DNA from: Chiloscyllium plagiosum
Taxonomy: Eukaryota
Assembly: GCF_004010195.1 (NCBI RefSeq)
Contig: NC_057755.1
Span: 9,527,306-9,591,305, forward strand
Direction of reading: 5' to 3'
Length of the DNA: 64,000 bases
Shown piece after piece: positions 13,664 to 25,226 of this stretch. How positions within the stretch are numbered: the first letter of the stretch is position 1; every line of letters begins with the position of its first letter. The notes below the pieces were generated by a model. It saw only the letters and a program-made list of their open reading frames with translations. It searched no databases and was not told the origin of the DNA. The position numbers and the translations under genes were made by a program.

Positions 13664-14362
13664 TGAAAGTGATGATAATGATAATTCTTTCCCGGGAAAG
13701 TGAGGCCGATTCGATTGCACCTCTGTAAATATATTTGCCATGACTACTATAGTACTTTTGATCATGATCTTCGGAGTTATGTGCGTCACATTTATAAACG
13801 TCTTCTCAAAAACTTGATTTTGGTAGTTATTTGGTTACATGAGCTGTGTCATTCTGTTAAGGCATTGTTGTTCACTGAGATGCTCACATTTGATCGATAT
13901 GAAGCTACATGCTGAGAGAATCGAAAATTAAAACATTTGCAGAGTGAAGATAGTATCTGCAGTTGCAATGATCACCATTGCCCTGGCATACCAGCAGAGC
14001 ATGCCCTTTTGGTCTGCATAACAACCAGAACAAGTAATTCTCCTGTTCCATGAGATTGTTGCGCTAGCATGAATTTTTTTAAATTTCCCACTAGCAATAA
14101 CATTCCTTCAGCTCCAAGATTTTAGTTGTTTAAGCTTCATTTTCTTTATTTGCAGATTTGATTGCTTAATCATCAGATTGTAATTGCTAAAAGAACTCTT
14201 AAGGCCATCTAAATGCGCAAAAGTGAGCATGAAAGAAATCCAGTGATGGAGAGTCAAAGGAATTTCAATAATTTACTCCTCCCTCTATCGAAGCGTTTTA
14301 CCCTCCTGTGGCTGACAGCAGCCGTGAGCTTTTAACCGACAAGGATTGCAAACACTGCGAAT
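13664..14362 (+). pseudogene. GPR139-like GPCR pseudogene, locus 2 (degenerate, 3'-truncated exon 2)
   Basis: After acceptor tag| the remnants read VMIMIILSR, LTFDRYEATC*, NPVMESQR, LLWLTAAVSF*PTRIANTA, collinear with loci 3 and 4, with stops and frameshifts. Homology is lost at about 14362 next to an L2-like fragment. Confidence 0.8.
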
Positions 14363-14374
14363 TATTGTTTTCTC

Positions 14375-14660
14375 TATATTTTAGTTATTCCTGTGTGGGA
14401 TGTGAGCCTCGCTGTCTGCGCACCATTTATTTCCCATTCCTTTTTGACATTGAGAATAATGTGGTGGGTGGCCTTCTTGAAATGCTGCAGTGCGCCTCAT
14501 GGTGGTTGAGCCATAATTCCATTAGGGAAGGGATTCCACGATTTTGAACAGTGATAATGAAGGAGGGGCGATATATTTCCAAGTCAGGGTGTTGAGTTGT
14601 TTGGAGGGAACCCACATAACTGCTGCACCTGTCTTTCCACACAGAGGTGTTTTTTAGACT
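14375..14660 (-). mobile_element. L2-like LINE 3' fragment
   Basis: Similar to 54390..54760 and, inverted, to 31260..31500 (gatatatttccaagtcagg, ggattccacgattttgaac). Family assignment is from recall. Confidence 0.5.
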
Positions 14661-15999
14661 TTGTTAAGGGTTTTCTGAGGATTTCCTGATATAAAAGCGT
14701 CACCTCTGAGGCCACTTCATTCGTGCCTAGCAGTAATCCACAGATTTCAATGTCCTTGCAACTCTCTGTCTATTTGGAGCAACTGGACTTTTTCGTATTT
14801 GGCTTTCAACATCGACGTTTGATATTTGATATCTGAAAACATTCTTTTTAGAAATCAACTCATGGAGTGTAAGTGTCTTTGGCAGGCCAGCATTTATTGC
14901 CTGTCCATTATTGGAGGTGGGGATCTGCGTTCTTGAACAAATGCAGCGTGGAAAGAGAAGTGAGCAACTTACCTTTTGTGCCCAAAACACGAGAAGTACA
15001 AGGCATGTATTCTGACAAACAAAATGCGGGAGATCGCAGTGGGCCACGCTGCATCTGTGGAGCAAAAGAAGGCTCACATTTCCAGTCTAGTTGACTCTTC
15101 ATTAGAACTGAAGTGAAATGTGGAGGCCTTGCTGTGCTAGTGAATAAAGGACTTTGATAAATTGATCTGATGCTTCAGTTAGTTCTGGACTGTCGAGGAC
15201 AGTTTTGCAATCGGTTATTCAGGCATTGAGACCACCTACAACAGAATCTGTTAGGTACAGAAATCTTCCATTATTATAGTATATATTTTGTCTTGTCTAC
15301 ATATTCTGGCATTCGAATTCCAATCGTGTCAGCACATTATGATATAATAAACAGAGGTCTACAGCCCGAGGCACATATCTAATTTCACTCAATCCTGCAG
15401 AAAATTAGTTATCCCCTACCATTGTTCCTTCTCATACAATGTGCTCCCTTCCTCATCTGCATCATTTCAGTTTCTCTTCTGCCTCTTCCATCTCCTACGA
15501 ATTTCTTGCTTTAAGCTGATCAGGGTCTTTCTGTGAGGTATCTGATGTACCCAGCTTTCTGATGTACGAGGATCTTCTGTACAGTTATGTTCTTGTAGTT
15601 TCATTTTGATCATAGTGTTGTGGGTAGCCCATGAAATAGCAGTAAGAGATCATTTGTGAAGAACGAAAACTCAAGCCAAAAATATAAATTTATTGCACTG
15701 GTTGAAAATTTTGCCAATGAAGGACTTATGCCTGAAATGTCGATCCTACTGCTCCTCGGATGCTGTCTGACCGTCTGTACTTTTCCAGCATTACACTCTT
15801 CGACTCTGATCTACAGCAGCTGCAGGCCTCACTTTCTCTTAGGCTCTATAAGGATTTGGTTGAATTTCTCATGTCATGTCATACGCATCTGATAATTGGA
15901 AAACTGCTCTCAGTGATAAACCCAACATCATTAATATTAGTTCGCACACTTGAGGAAACATTTGCATGAATCTTAAGTAATTGTGTTGAATATCACAAA

Positions 16000-17560
16000 G
16001 AAATCATGGTAACCAGTATTTGTCGATCATAATGGATGTGACTACTACATTTCTAGAGGTAAATCTGTTATGCAGCGCGAGGCTAAAAAAATGTGGAAGA
16101 GTTTCTCAATTGTGTTTACTAAAGGCATGCCTACCAATATAGAACAATTAGATGGAGAATTAAGTTCTACATCAAAGAAGTTAAGGATAGCTTGGGAATA
16201 AAATAATTCAAATCGACTGTGTTCCATCCAGAATCTGCACTGGCATTAGAGTGGTGGAATCAAATTTAAAGACCATATTAACGATGCAGAGGATTTCATA
16301 AAGAATCTTTGTTTTTTGCACCTAATGATTGAACATAATTCAGTCCATTGGAATCGGTATACGAGCAACAGATGAGAAGACTCAGAAATTAATTATGGAG
16401 ATTTGGTAAGGCAGAATTCAGAAACAATATATTATAAATATGTTTCAAATTTACAGGAAGGTTAGAAAGGGTGGAGGAATTGCATATACGGCATTTTAAA
16501 AAAGCACAGCATGTGATGAAACAGAATACAGGGTAGAGGTCGAAATTAACAGCTTTGCCTGTGGACATCACATGCTAGTGTTATTGCCTGTTGGAGGTAA
16601 ACCTTAAAGGCAAGGTTTGGTGGGCCTTTCAAGATCAAATGGAAAGTGAATGAGGTGAATTATCATATGGAAAGCAAGATAAAAAAGGAATAATCTCACA
16701 TTATTGATTGTACTCAAATAATATCATTAAAGGGAAGGAAAGCAAAAAAATGAATGTGTTCCTGGATACAACGCAGCGTGGAGAACCTAGTTCAGATGAT
16801 TCTGAACTGGACAGCGTCAAATTAATTTGAACAATGAAGATGTTCTCAAACATTACAATAGACCATTTCGTTACCTTCCAGAGGAAATTCTGAATGATTT
16901 GAAAGAGTTATTGCTGTCGCATTAGGATACATGTGAGAATCATCTGGCAAGTTTTGGAATGATTATGCGTGGCATAGATATACGCAATGCTGTTCCAATT
17001 AATCAATGCCTTTAGAGAGTTAGCATTCTAAAGTTGTCACTGCTTCAAAAAGGGATATAACCTATGATAAGAGACAATGAAACCAAAGACCGTTGCAGCG
17101 AATGCACTTCACTCATAGTACTTGTGTCATACCTAGATGGTAATCAACGATTCTGTGTAGACTATTGCACAGTTAATGCAGAGACAAAATCTGACTCATA
17201 TCTATTCCACATTGAGAAGATCGTGTTGAGAAGGTGGGAAAAAACATTTTTATTTTTATGTTGAACTTATTCTGAGGATATTGTCAGGTATATTGATCGG
17301 AAGAGTGAAGACATTTAGACTTTATTAACGCTGAGTGGATTGTACCACTTTAAAACAATGCCATTTGGGAGGTACGAAACATCCCCCGCATTTCAAACAC
17401 GAACCAATGAAACCATTTCAGAATTGCCCAATTGTGTGTTGTATATTGACAATCTGGTGACTTTAAGAGACATATTGCAGGAACATTTTGGAGCAGCTGT
17501 CAGAAATGTTTGCTCAACCTTGGAATGCGTGCTTGCTTGTAATGTTAAATGTAAACCCAA
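16000..17560 (+). mobile_element. Gypsy (Gmr1-like) LTR retrotransposon internal fragment: integrase remnant followed by RT
   Basis: RFCVDYCTVNAETKSDSY, YHFKTMPFG...PAFQ...LYIDNLV; collinear with 34640..36800. Confidence 0.8.
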
Positions 17561-17564
17561 AGAC

Positions 17565-18260
17565 CTATGGATGTTGAAAATCAGGAACAAAAAAGACATG
17601 GCTGGAAAAGCTAAGCAGGCCCTGCAGGATCAGTGGAGAAAAATCAGAAATAAAGTTGCGGATCGGGTGACCCTTCCACGGGGATGATGGTTGCTAGGAA
17701 AATATCAACAGAACAGAGGTAAGGAGAAAGATGTTTGGGGATACAGAAGAAGGAGAGAGAAGAACATTTGAAAATACAAACGAATGGATAACAACATTGC
17801 TGGAAGGTTGAATAGCTGTTCATGGAAACTCATAATGGCTGACAGTAGATAGCATCAAATGGCAGAGTATGTGATAAAAAGGCCTGGTGTGTGGGATAGG
17901 GTGCTGTGACACACGAGAGTTCTCACCCTAAAATTGTTGAATTCTAAATTGAGTCTGGAAAGCTGCAAGGTCCCAAACATAAAACAAGTGGCTTTTTTTT
18001 TCAGTTTGTGCTGAGCTTCACTGCAGCATTCCTGATGAATGACATCTTATCCTCGTATTCTACCTGACCAGCCGTGCTTTTCTATCTTTACACTTTTCGA
18101 CTTTTAACTCCCTTGGAGCACTGTAGCAATCCTGATAGAAAGATATTCGCTGGGGCTTAGACTGGTGTCAAAATGGAAGGCAACTGGAAGCTCAGAGCCA
18201 TTTTCCTGACAGAACGGAGATGTTCTGCGAAGTGTAACTCAGCCAACGCTTGTTTTCCCC
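17565..18260 (-). mobile_element. Penelope-like element 3' fragment
   Basis: Terminal repeat (gctggaaaagctaagcagg, cggatcgggtgacccttc) followed by a decayed GIY-YIG C-terminus comparable to 61190..61400. Confidence 0.55.
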
Positions 18261-18838
18261 AGAGAATCTTTGAAAGCAGAGATCAATCGTCCTGACAAAG
18301 TAGTTAAAATTTAAAAGAAAGCAGTACTCATTCCACATCTCAGGAATAAAGTTGATTTGTTATGCGAATATCGTGACGCAATATCACCACATAATTCCTT
18401 TCATCCAAGGTCACCATCATCTCAGAGGAAAGTAAACTACTTTCTTACGAGTTGAAATCACACTGAGAGTCTTTATGATGCAGAATTGGTGAGATCGAGA
18501 CAGCAGGGCATTATTAGTAACCTTAGCTAGAAAGAGTAACGAATCTATGCGAAATCACAGTGCCTGACTTTACTGGAGTGGAGTCATCCACGTTCATATC
18601 AAGCTGATTTGTTTGGCGCTTGCAAACTGAAACAAATTCTGCCAGCTTGTCTCTTCAACACGAGTAATTTACATAACAACATTCACGAAAAGTGGAGCAA
18701 AAATGAACTGTCCCCATTCTTTCTTGAAGTAGTCAGTTTTCAATTAGGGAAAGTAAAAGGTAAAAGACTTATTGCTTGTCATCAGAACTTTCGGAGGCCG
18801 AGGAATGCAAATAAGATGGAGATAGTGCTTTCTTTTTA

Positions 18839-19752
18839 TTACTTTTCCATTCGACTGGCAAACAACAGAATAAATGACCAAGGGGATGTCAACGCCTTCT
18901 TCAGTTCTTCCCTGAATTTTCTTTGTATGACTGTATAAATACACATGTTAGTGCATGAACTCAAATACATGAGCATGTAGCCAGTTTCAGTGGCAATGTA
19001 GGCAGGAGCTGTGTAATCACCTCTAAAATGTGCAGTGTTTGTTATCCTCGTCGATAAAAAGCTCACTGCTGCTGTCAAAAACAGAAGAATAAAACTTCCG
19101 GATACAGTGAAGAGTAAAACAATGGACTTCCTTCGATTTTGCATTTCTGGGTCACTTTGGTTCTCGCTATTGCACCCTCGGACTGCTCTGCGAGACCGAT
19201 TGGCGACTAGAATGCGTCTGATTGTCAAACAATTAAATGTGAATAGCAAAGAAAATGGAAGCCAAGGGACTAAAATACTTTGTAACCAGGAGAATGCTGT
19301 ACCCAACGGCGAAGTAAAGAAGTTCAACTTAGTGCGACAACCCCACTGTAATTGATCGATTACTTGTTCAGGTTCGTATGCAAAGCAAAACGGGATGTTC
19401 TCTAGGCAAACCAGGGCAGTGGTGATCATTATAACTGCAGCTGCTGTCCTCACTTTACAATACTTTGTTTTCAGCTTCTCACAACAGATAGCTATATATC
19501 GATCAAATGTGAACAAGACTGTGAACCACACTGACATGTACAGGGTGACTAAGCTAATATAATTAAGTATCTTACAAACGACAGTGTAGGAAAAGAACGA
19601 ATGTGTAAAGTGATAACTCAAAATTCGAACAACAGTTACATTGAAGATCATGACCAGAAAAGCTGCTGTTGCCATGGCCACCATGTAGGCAGAGGTGCAA
19701 CTGGAAAGGCCGCAGTTTCTCCTGGAGAGAATTATCATTGTCAACATGTTTG
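18839..19752 (-). CDS. GPR139/GPR142-like GPCR, locus 3, coding exon 2
   Basis: Intact frame ANMLTMIILSRRNCGLS...TFDRYIAICC...DPEMQNRRKSIVLLF...TNMCIY...stop; acceptor tcttacag|CAAAC. Joins in frame with exon 23806..23875 to give 327 aa. Confidence 0.92.
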
Positions 19753-20754
19753 CTGTAAGACAAATTAATGGAAGTCATGTAAGGGAATTAATCAAGTAAA
19801 AATAAAACTACAAATGTTGGCATAAATATGGAAAAGTCTGTGACTGAAAACTGTATGCTATTTTTCATTAAATATATAGGAATGTTGGAAAGTGCATTAT
19901 GGGGAAAAAAACAAATAATTGATTACTCGGAATGGATAAACTGAGAAGTTGTTTATTTTTTATTCCAGCATCCTCCAGTGAATTGTTTTCAACTATTTCA
20001 AAGTGAATGATAGAAGTTGTGTTTAGAATAGTTTATTTTTGTTCAGATACGAAGTTTGATAGCCACATTGAATTAGCTTCTCTATACTTTTATTTAAAAT
20101 GCAAGAAAATTAAAATGCTGAATGAATGGCAAACTTGAGCCTAATGGTAGCTAAGTCGACCCGTTGAATCGCTAGATCTAGACTTTGTGAATAACCATTA
20201 GCAGATAAAGGGTCTACCTGTCAAAAAAAAACTAAACAATTTATAGACAGTATATTAACCTCAGCAGAGCAATTTTAAGCAGCAAAGTAATCATATGAAC
20301 AGTTAAGTTTTCACATCAATCCACTTCAATTTGATCCGGTAATCTAACACCAAGACAGAAAGTCAAACAGACACATTGAGGCTTAATTGAAAAGCAAATG
20401 CAACAAAAAAAAAACGATTCACTGGTCACCTCGCTTTTCCAGGTTCTGCAATCCGTATGATCGCTGTCAGAAGAGATTGCATTTTTCTTGGTTTCAGGTG
20501 ACTCTGATATATGCATAAAAAACTTTCCGTCTTTTGATTGTTAGAACTGAGATTGTATTCTGTGAACGTTGAATGTTTTGATAATACCAGAAAAACTACG
20601 GATCAAACACATCTTAGTGCTGCAGCTTTAACAGGCACAATTCTTGCCCCAGAAACGCAGCCTAAACACTACTTTAGTCTCTGCCCGAATTCAATAAGGA
20701 GAGATACAGAACATAGCATCCCAGTTTTAAGGAGTAAAACAATATTCTTTGCAA

Positions 20755-21255
20755 CATGCTATAGAAAGGCTCAAAAGAGATCTATAAGGATGTTGCTAAG
20801 GTTGGAGGATTGGAACTGCAGGCAGTGGGGTGAATAGACTCGGGCTATTTTTTCTGGAGCATTGGAGGCTGACAGGTGAATTTATAGACGTTTATAAAAT
20901 CACTAGAGTCACAAATTGTGTGAATAGACAGGGTAAATTCCCTGGTGCAGCGGAAGCCAAAACTATAGGGCATAGTTTTTCGGAGAGAGGTGAAACTTTT
21001 AAAAGGGAGTTCAGGGCCGACTCTTTCACACAGAGGGTGATGCGTGTATGGAAGGAGCTGCTAAATGAAGTTGTGGAGGATGGCACAATCACAATTTTAA
21101 AAGGTATCTGAATGGGTAAATGAATAAGAAGCGTTTAGATGGATTTGGGCCAAATGCTGGCAAATGGGGTTACTTTCATTCATAACATCTGGTCGGCATG
21201 GATGACTTGGACATAAAGATTTGTTTTGATGCTGTCCAGCTCAATGACTCTACGA
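20755..21255 (+). mobile_element. CR1 LINE 3' fragment in the locus 3 intron
   Basis: NRLGLFFLEHWRLTGEFIDVYKI...FTQRVMRVWKEL. Confidence 0.85.
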
Positions 21256-21310
21256 GTGGGTGTAAAATGATTTGTTTGTTCTCGGTTCACAGAGAATAAT
21301 TGCGACAGAT

Positions 21311-21350
21311 CTCCCCCCCCCCCCTCCCCCGCGCCCCCCCCCCCCTCCCC
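21311..21350. repeat. Poly-C tract
   Basis: About 40 nt, almost entirely C. Confidence 0.9.
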
Positions 21351-22794
21351 AAAAGCGTGATCTCAGTGAAATGTTTTTGTTCACATGATGGAATTAGTCT
21401 TCGAGAAGATGTTGTCTCTTGCAAATATAAGCACTACCAAGGAATATAAAATTTGTAAATATTAATCTTTCTATTGTTTGCTACATATGAGTCAACAGTG
21501 GGATGAAAAATACACGGTTCATGCTCCTGATTGAAGAGGAAAAGTAATTAATCACGAATGATACAATTAGCTCCAGTGCCTAACAGTAAGTCGGATCTCC
21601 CATTGTGACTCCCTAACAGGATTCATTCAGCCAACAGAATCAACATCACAATGAAACAATAAATGAAGAGCCAATAAGGGTATACAGGTATTAAACCTGA
21701 AGTGATTTGAATTAAATTGAATTTACTGTTGAGAGATTTCATTTTTGTCGGCTGAGTGATGTGAACAGTGTGTTTGGCTGAAGTTACCATGAAGTCTTCT
21801 CCTTCAGACACCCTCCTCTCCTCTGAGCCAAGATTTTCCACAGGTTAAACCATCACTTGTCATCTCTGTCGAGTCGAAAACAGAATTTTAATATCATTTC
21901 ATTTCAGTTGTGTTTTTTTTTTCCTGTTCGAAATGTTAGGAAAATAATTGGCTTCTTCGGTTGTATCAGAACTCCTCTTCATATACAATATTTGCATTAA
22001 TACATATTGGTCTTGTGTTAATTGTTTAATGATCTCCCATTCATCCCTGATCTTTTAAAAATATAAGTAATTCACTCACAATATCGCTAAATCGTACGTG
22101 ACATCGTTTATCAGTTGGGCTGTCCAAAATTTTAAACAATACTCATCCCCAGTCTTAATTGGAGATGGCTCGGAATTATTATCACTCATTTTTGCTTCAA
22201 AGTGCGCACTATCAAAGTTAGGTTTCATTTTACCATTCCTAATGTAGTGTCAAATGCTCCTTGAACGCTACCGATTTTCAATATATCTCTCTTAGTCCAT
22301 TTGCTTTACCACCAATCAATGGTGTATTATTTTGATTGTACTACATCACCATGAAATTCATCCGAAGAGCATCAATTCACAGGTATTTTGAGAAAAATGC
22401 ATCCATTCTGTGTCTATCACTTTGTGATTTTCTCGAACCTGATGCAGCTGGCTCTCCTGCGTTATTCAATTATTCATTAAGCGATATTCTCAAATTAAAA
22501 TAAGAAGTTAAGAATGGCACTAAACAAACTGATTAAATTACCACAAAGCCATAAATGTTGAAACAAGATATTGTCATAGAATGCTCATGAAGAGGAAGTT
22601 GGGTGGATGTGTCACTGACATTGGATGATAGGTTGACAGACTGAATTGTATGTCACCTCAATTAATTGCTACAGGCATGGGTGACAAGGACAAACAGTTT
22701 ATGTTCAAAGCATGTGACGCACTACTTCTGCCTCAGCTGGAATATTGCATTTAATTAGAGCTGCTGTAGATTCAGAAAGATGTGAAGACACTGA

Positions 22795-23385
22795 GGACAT
22801 TAGAACTTACAAAATAAGTGCGAGGAGCAGGAGAAAACCATTCTGCCCATCAAGCATGTTCCACTATTTGATAGGATCATGGGCAATCTCATCTCAGTCA
22901 CAACCATACTTTCCTGCCCAGTCTCCACAGCCTTTTAAAGAAATTACTCATTAAAAATCTTGTTATCGCTTCCTTAAATTTACTCATTTTCCCAACATCT
23001 ACCATAAAATGCGGTTGTGAATTGTACAGACTCACGGCCCTTTGAGTGAAGTAAGTTCTTCTCATCTCTGTTTTACATCTGCTCCCTTTTATTCTAAAAC
23101 TGTGGACACGCTTCGAGATTGTGTCGACATCTACTCTGCTAATTTCATTCAGATTTCGATATACCTAAATCAGTTCTCCTCTGAATCTTCTAAACTCCAG
23201 GGAGTATTGGCTTAAAGTGCTGCGTTTCTAAACCTTCACTTTTGGCATCAACAGACTGGACCACTTTTGACTTGCCTCGAAGACAAGGACATATCTCTTC
23301 AGGTAAGGGAGCCCAGACATTCAGCAGTGTTCATGTGAGGAGCCTCTAATGTCTTGTCGCTTTGCAGCATCATTTCGTGATTTTT
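22795..23385 (-). mobile_element. CR1 LINE 3' fragment, old
   Basis: CR1-type 3' UTR (aaaccattctgcccatcaagc) and decayed RT C-terminus on the minus strand. Confidence 0.6.
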
Positions 23386-23395
23386 ATGCTTCATT

Positions 23396-23686
23396 GGGCG
23401 GCACGGTGGCACAGTGTTTAGCACTGCTGCCTCACAGCGCCAGAGACCCGGGTTCAATTCCCGCCTCAGGCGACTGACTGTGTGGAGTTTCCACGTTCTC
23501 CCCGTGTCTGCGTGGGTTTCCTCCCGGTGCTCCGGTTTCCTCCCTCAGTCCAAAGACGTGCAGGCAAGGGGAATTGGCCTTGCTAAATTACCCGTAGCGT
23601 TAGGTAAGGGGTAAATGTACGGGTATGGGTGGGTTGCGCTTCGTCGGGTCAGTTGGACTTGTTGGGCCGAAGGGCCTGTTTCCACT
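23396..23686 (+). mobile_element. HE1-type tRNA-derived SINE
   Basis: gggcggcacggtggcacagtgtttagcactgctgcctcacagcgccagagacccgggttcaattccc, central V domain and a CR1-like tail (gggccgaagggcctgttt). Confidence 0.9.
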
Positions 23687-23805
23687 ATTCGCAATGAGTA
23701 CATTGTTAGAAGCTGTCACGTATTCGACAGCAGGGTGTTAGACATCTATTCCTGCTCTGTAAAAAAATAATTATTATGTTAAACAATAGAATACTACTGA
23801 CTTAC

Positions 23806-23875
23806 CCGGAATGCCAAAGGCTGCTAGAATTGTGTAGTAAGTTATCTTTATCTGTACAATTATTGGCTGCACCAT
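23806..23875 (-). CDS. GPR139/GPR142-like GPCR, locus 3, coding exon 1 (70 nt)
   Basis: Reverse complement reads ATG...CCG G|GTAAGT, encoding MVQPIIVQIKITYYTILAAFGIP plus G, which completes the Ala codon with exon 2. Too short for the ORF track. Confidence 0.9.
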
Positions 23876-24170
23876 TTTTGGAAGAATGTCAGAAATATAT
23901 CCAGATTGATCGCTTCACTTGCAGTGCATATGAGCACAGTCAGTAGTCCGCTTTTATAGAGCAATATGTCCCTCGTTGAGGACAATATAACTGTGATGCA
24001 ACACTATCAGACTAATCGTCTCTGAAGAGATTTTTGCTGCTCCACTTTACTCATGCGTCCATGTGGAGATGACGCAGCGCATAACAGATACATCTTTCAC
24101 AAAATGAACAATTGGAATGACATCACAGAACGAAGCTGATTGTCACACCCCCAAATGAACAGAAATATGT
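23876..24170 (-). promoter_or_regulatory. Putative promoter/5'UTR of locus 3 with TATA box (TATAAAA at 23952..23958)
   Basis: TATA box about 80 nt upstream of the ATG; block is collinear with 48624..48900, 61795..62090 and (inverted) 10981..11090. Confidence 0.65.
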
Positions 24171-25226
24171 TATCGTACTCTGTCATTTTCTTCAGTTCTT
24201 CTTAACAAAACATCATTTGTCTCGTTCATTTAGACAGTAGCATAGAAAGTTCTGATTTGATACCGAGCATTAGAGTCATTGATCATTGATTGTGGTTACC
24301 ATCCTTTGATAATACTGGACGGTGCATAGCATACATTTGTTGGTATAGACTCGTGGCTACTTTTCCGAGAGAGCTGTGGGAGTGGTGTCCTTGCGTGTAC
24401 TGAAGGCTGAGATAGATAGATTCTTCATCAGGAGGGGAACCATGGGCTCTGAGGAAAGGATACAAACGTCGATGTGAGGAGTTGACCAATCATCCACGAT
24501 CCCTTTGAATGGCGGAATAGACTTATCGTTGTTCCTATTTCTTATGGTCTTCTGAAACGTGTATTCCTGAACTTCTGTCACAATAAAGTCAAGAAACAAA
24601 AAGACTACTCAATAAAATGGCAAGCAAGATTAAAAAGATTAACTCAGAATAATACTTGGCTTGCAAAAGACAGAAATGCTACATTGTTTGCTTGCTTGAA
24701 CATTTTCCAGAGAGAAAACGTCAGTGGAAAATAAAACAACTTCTCTCAATCCACTAATATTTTCAAGAGTAATGAAATGATCAAGCTCAACTGGAAGCTT
24801 GTCAATTGGATACAACTAAACATTTCACGAAAAACACAGCAACGATACAATTATATCCACAATGATGTTAATGTAAATTAGATTTCACGAATATGCTGGC
24901 AACATTTGATGTATTTCCTTCGTTTATATTGCACAACTGCTGAAATTATATTTCTGCCAATATCGATAGATAAACGTGTTCAACTCAATTTTGAGAAGGA
25001 AGGTGATTTCTTGACCAAAATTATTAATTGTGTTGAAGGTGCAATCGATTTAATTGAAAGAGCTAACTATGCAAACGTCGGATGTCTTAATATCTAGACT
25101 GAACTCAGCAAGTTATCCTTTCGTTGGCTCAAAACGGCATCAGAAAATGACGAATCGTTCAACTGCTCACAACATCTCTGACGGTCAGAAGTGAAAGAAT
25201 GAACAAGAAGAATTGATTCAAGGCAA

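Noticed and set aside
19035..19355. Antisense ORFs over GPCR exons (also 3309..3620 and 45683..45868)
   Set aside because: Shadow frames; their mutual similarity follows from the sense-strand paralogy.
23396..23470. tRNA-like sequence with A and B boxes (also about 8500..8570, 30855 and 46448)
   Set aside because: These are SINE heads continuing into SINE body and tail, not stand-alone tRNA genes.
24600..25220. A-rich, coding-looking sequence on both sides of the CR1 (also 27960..28560)
   Set aside because: No motif I could identify; left unannotated pending a translated profile search.
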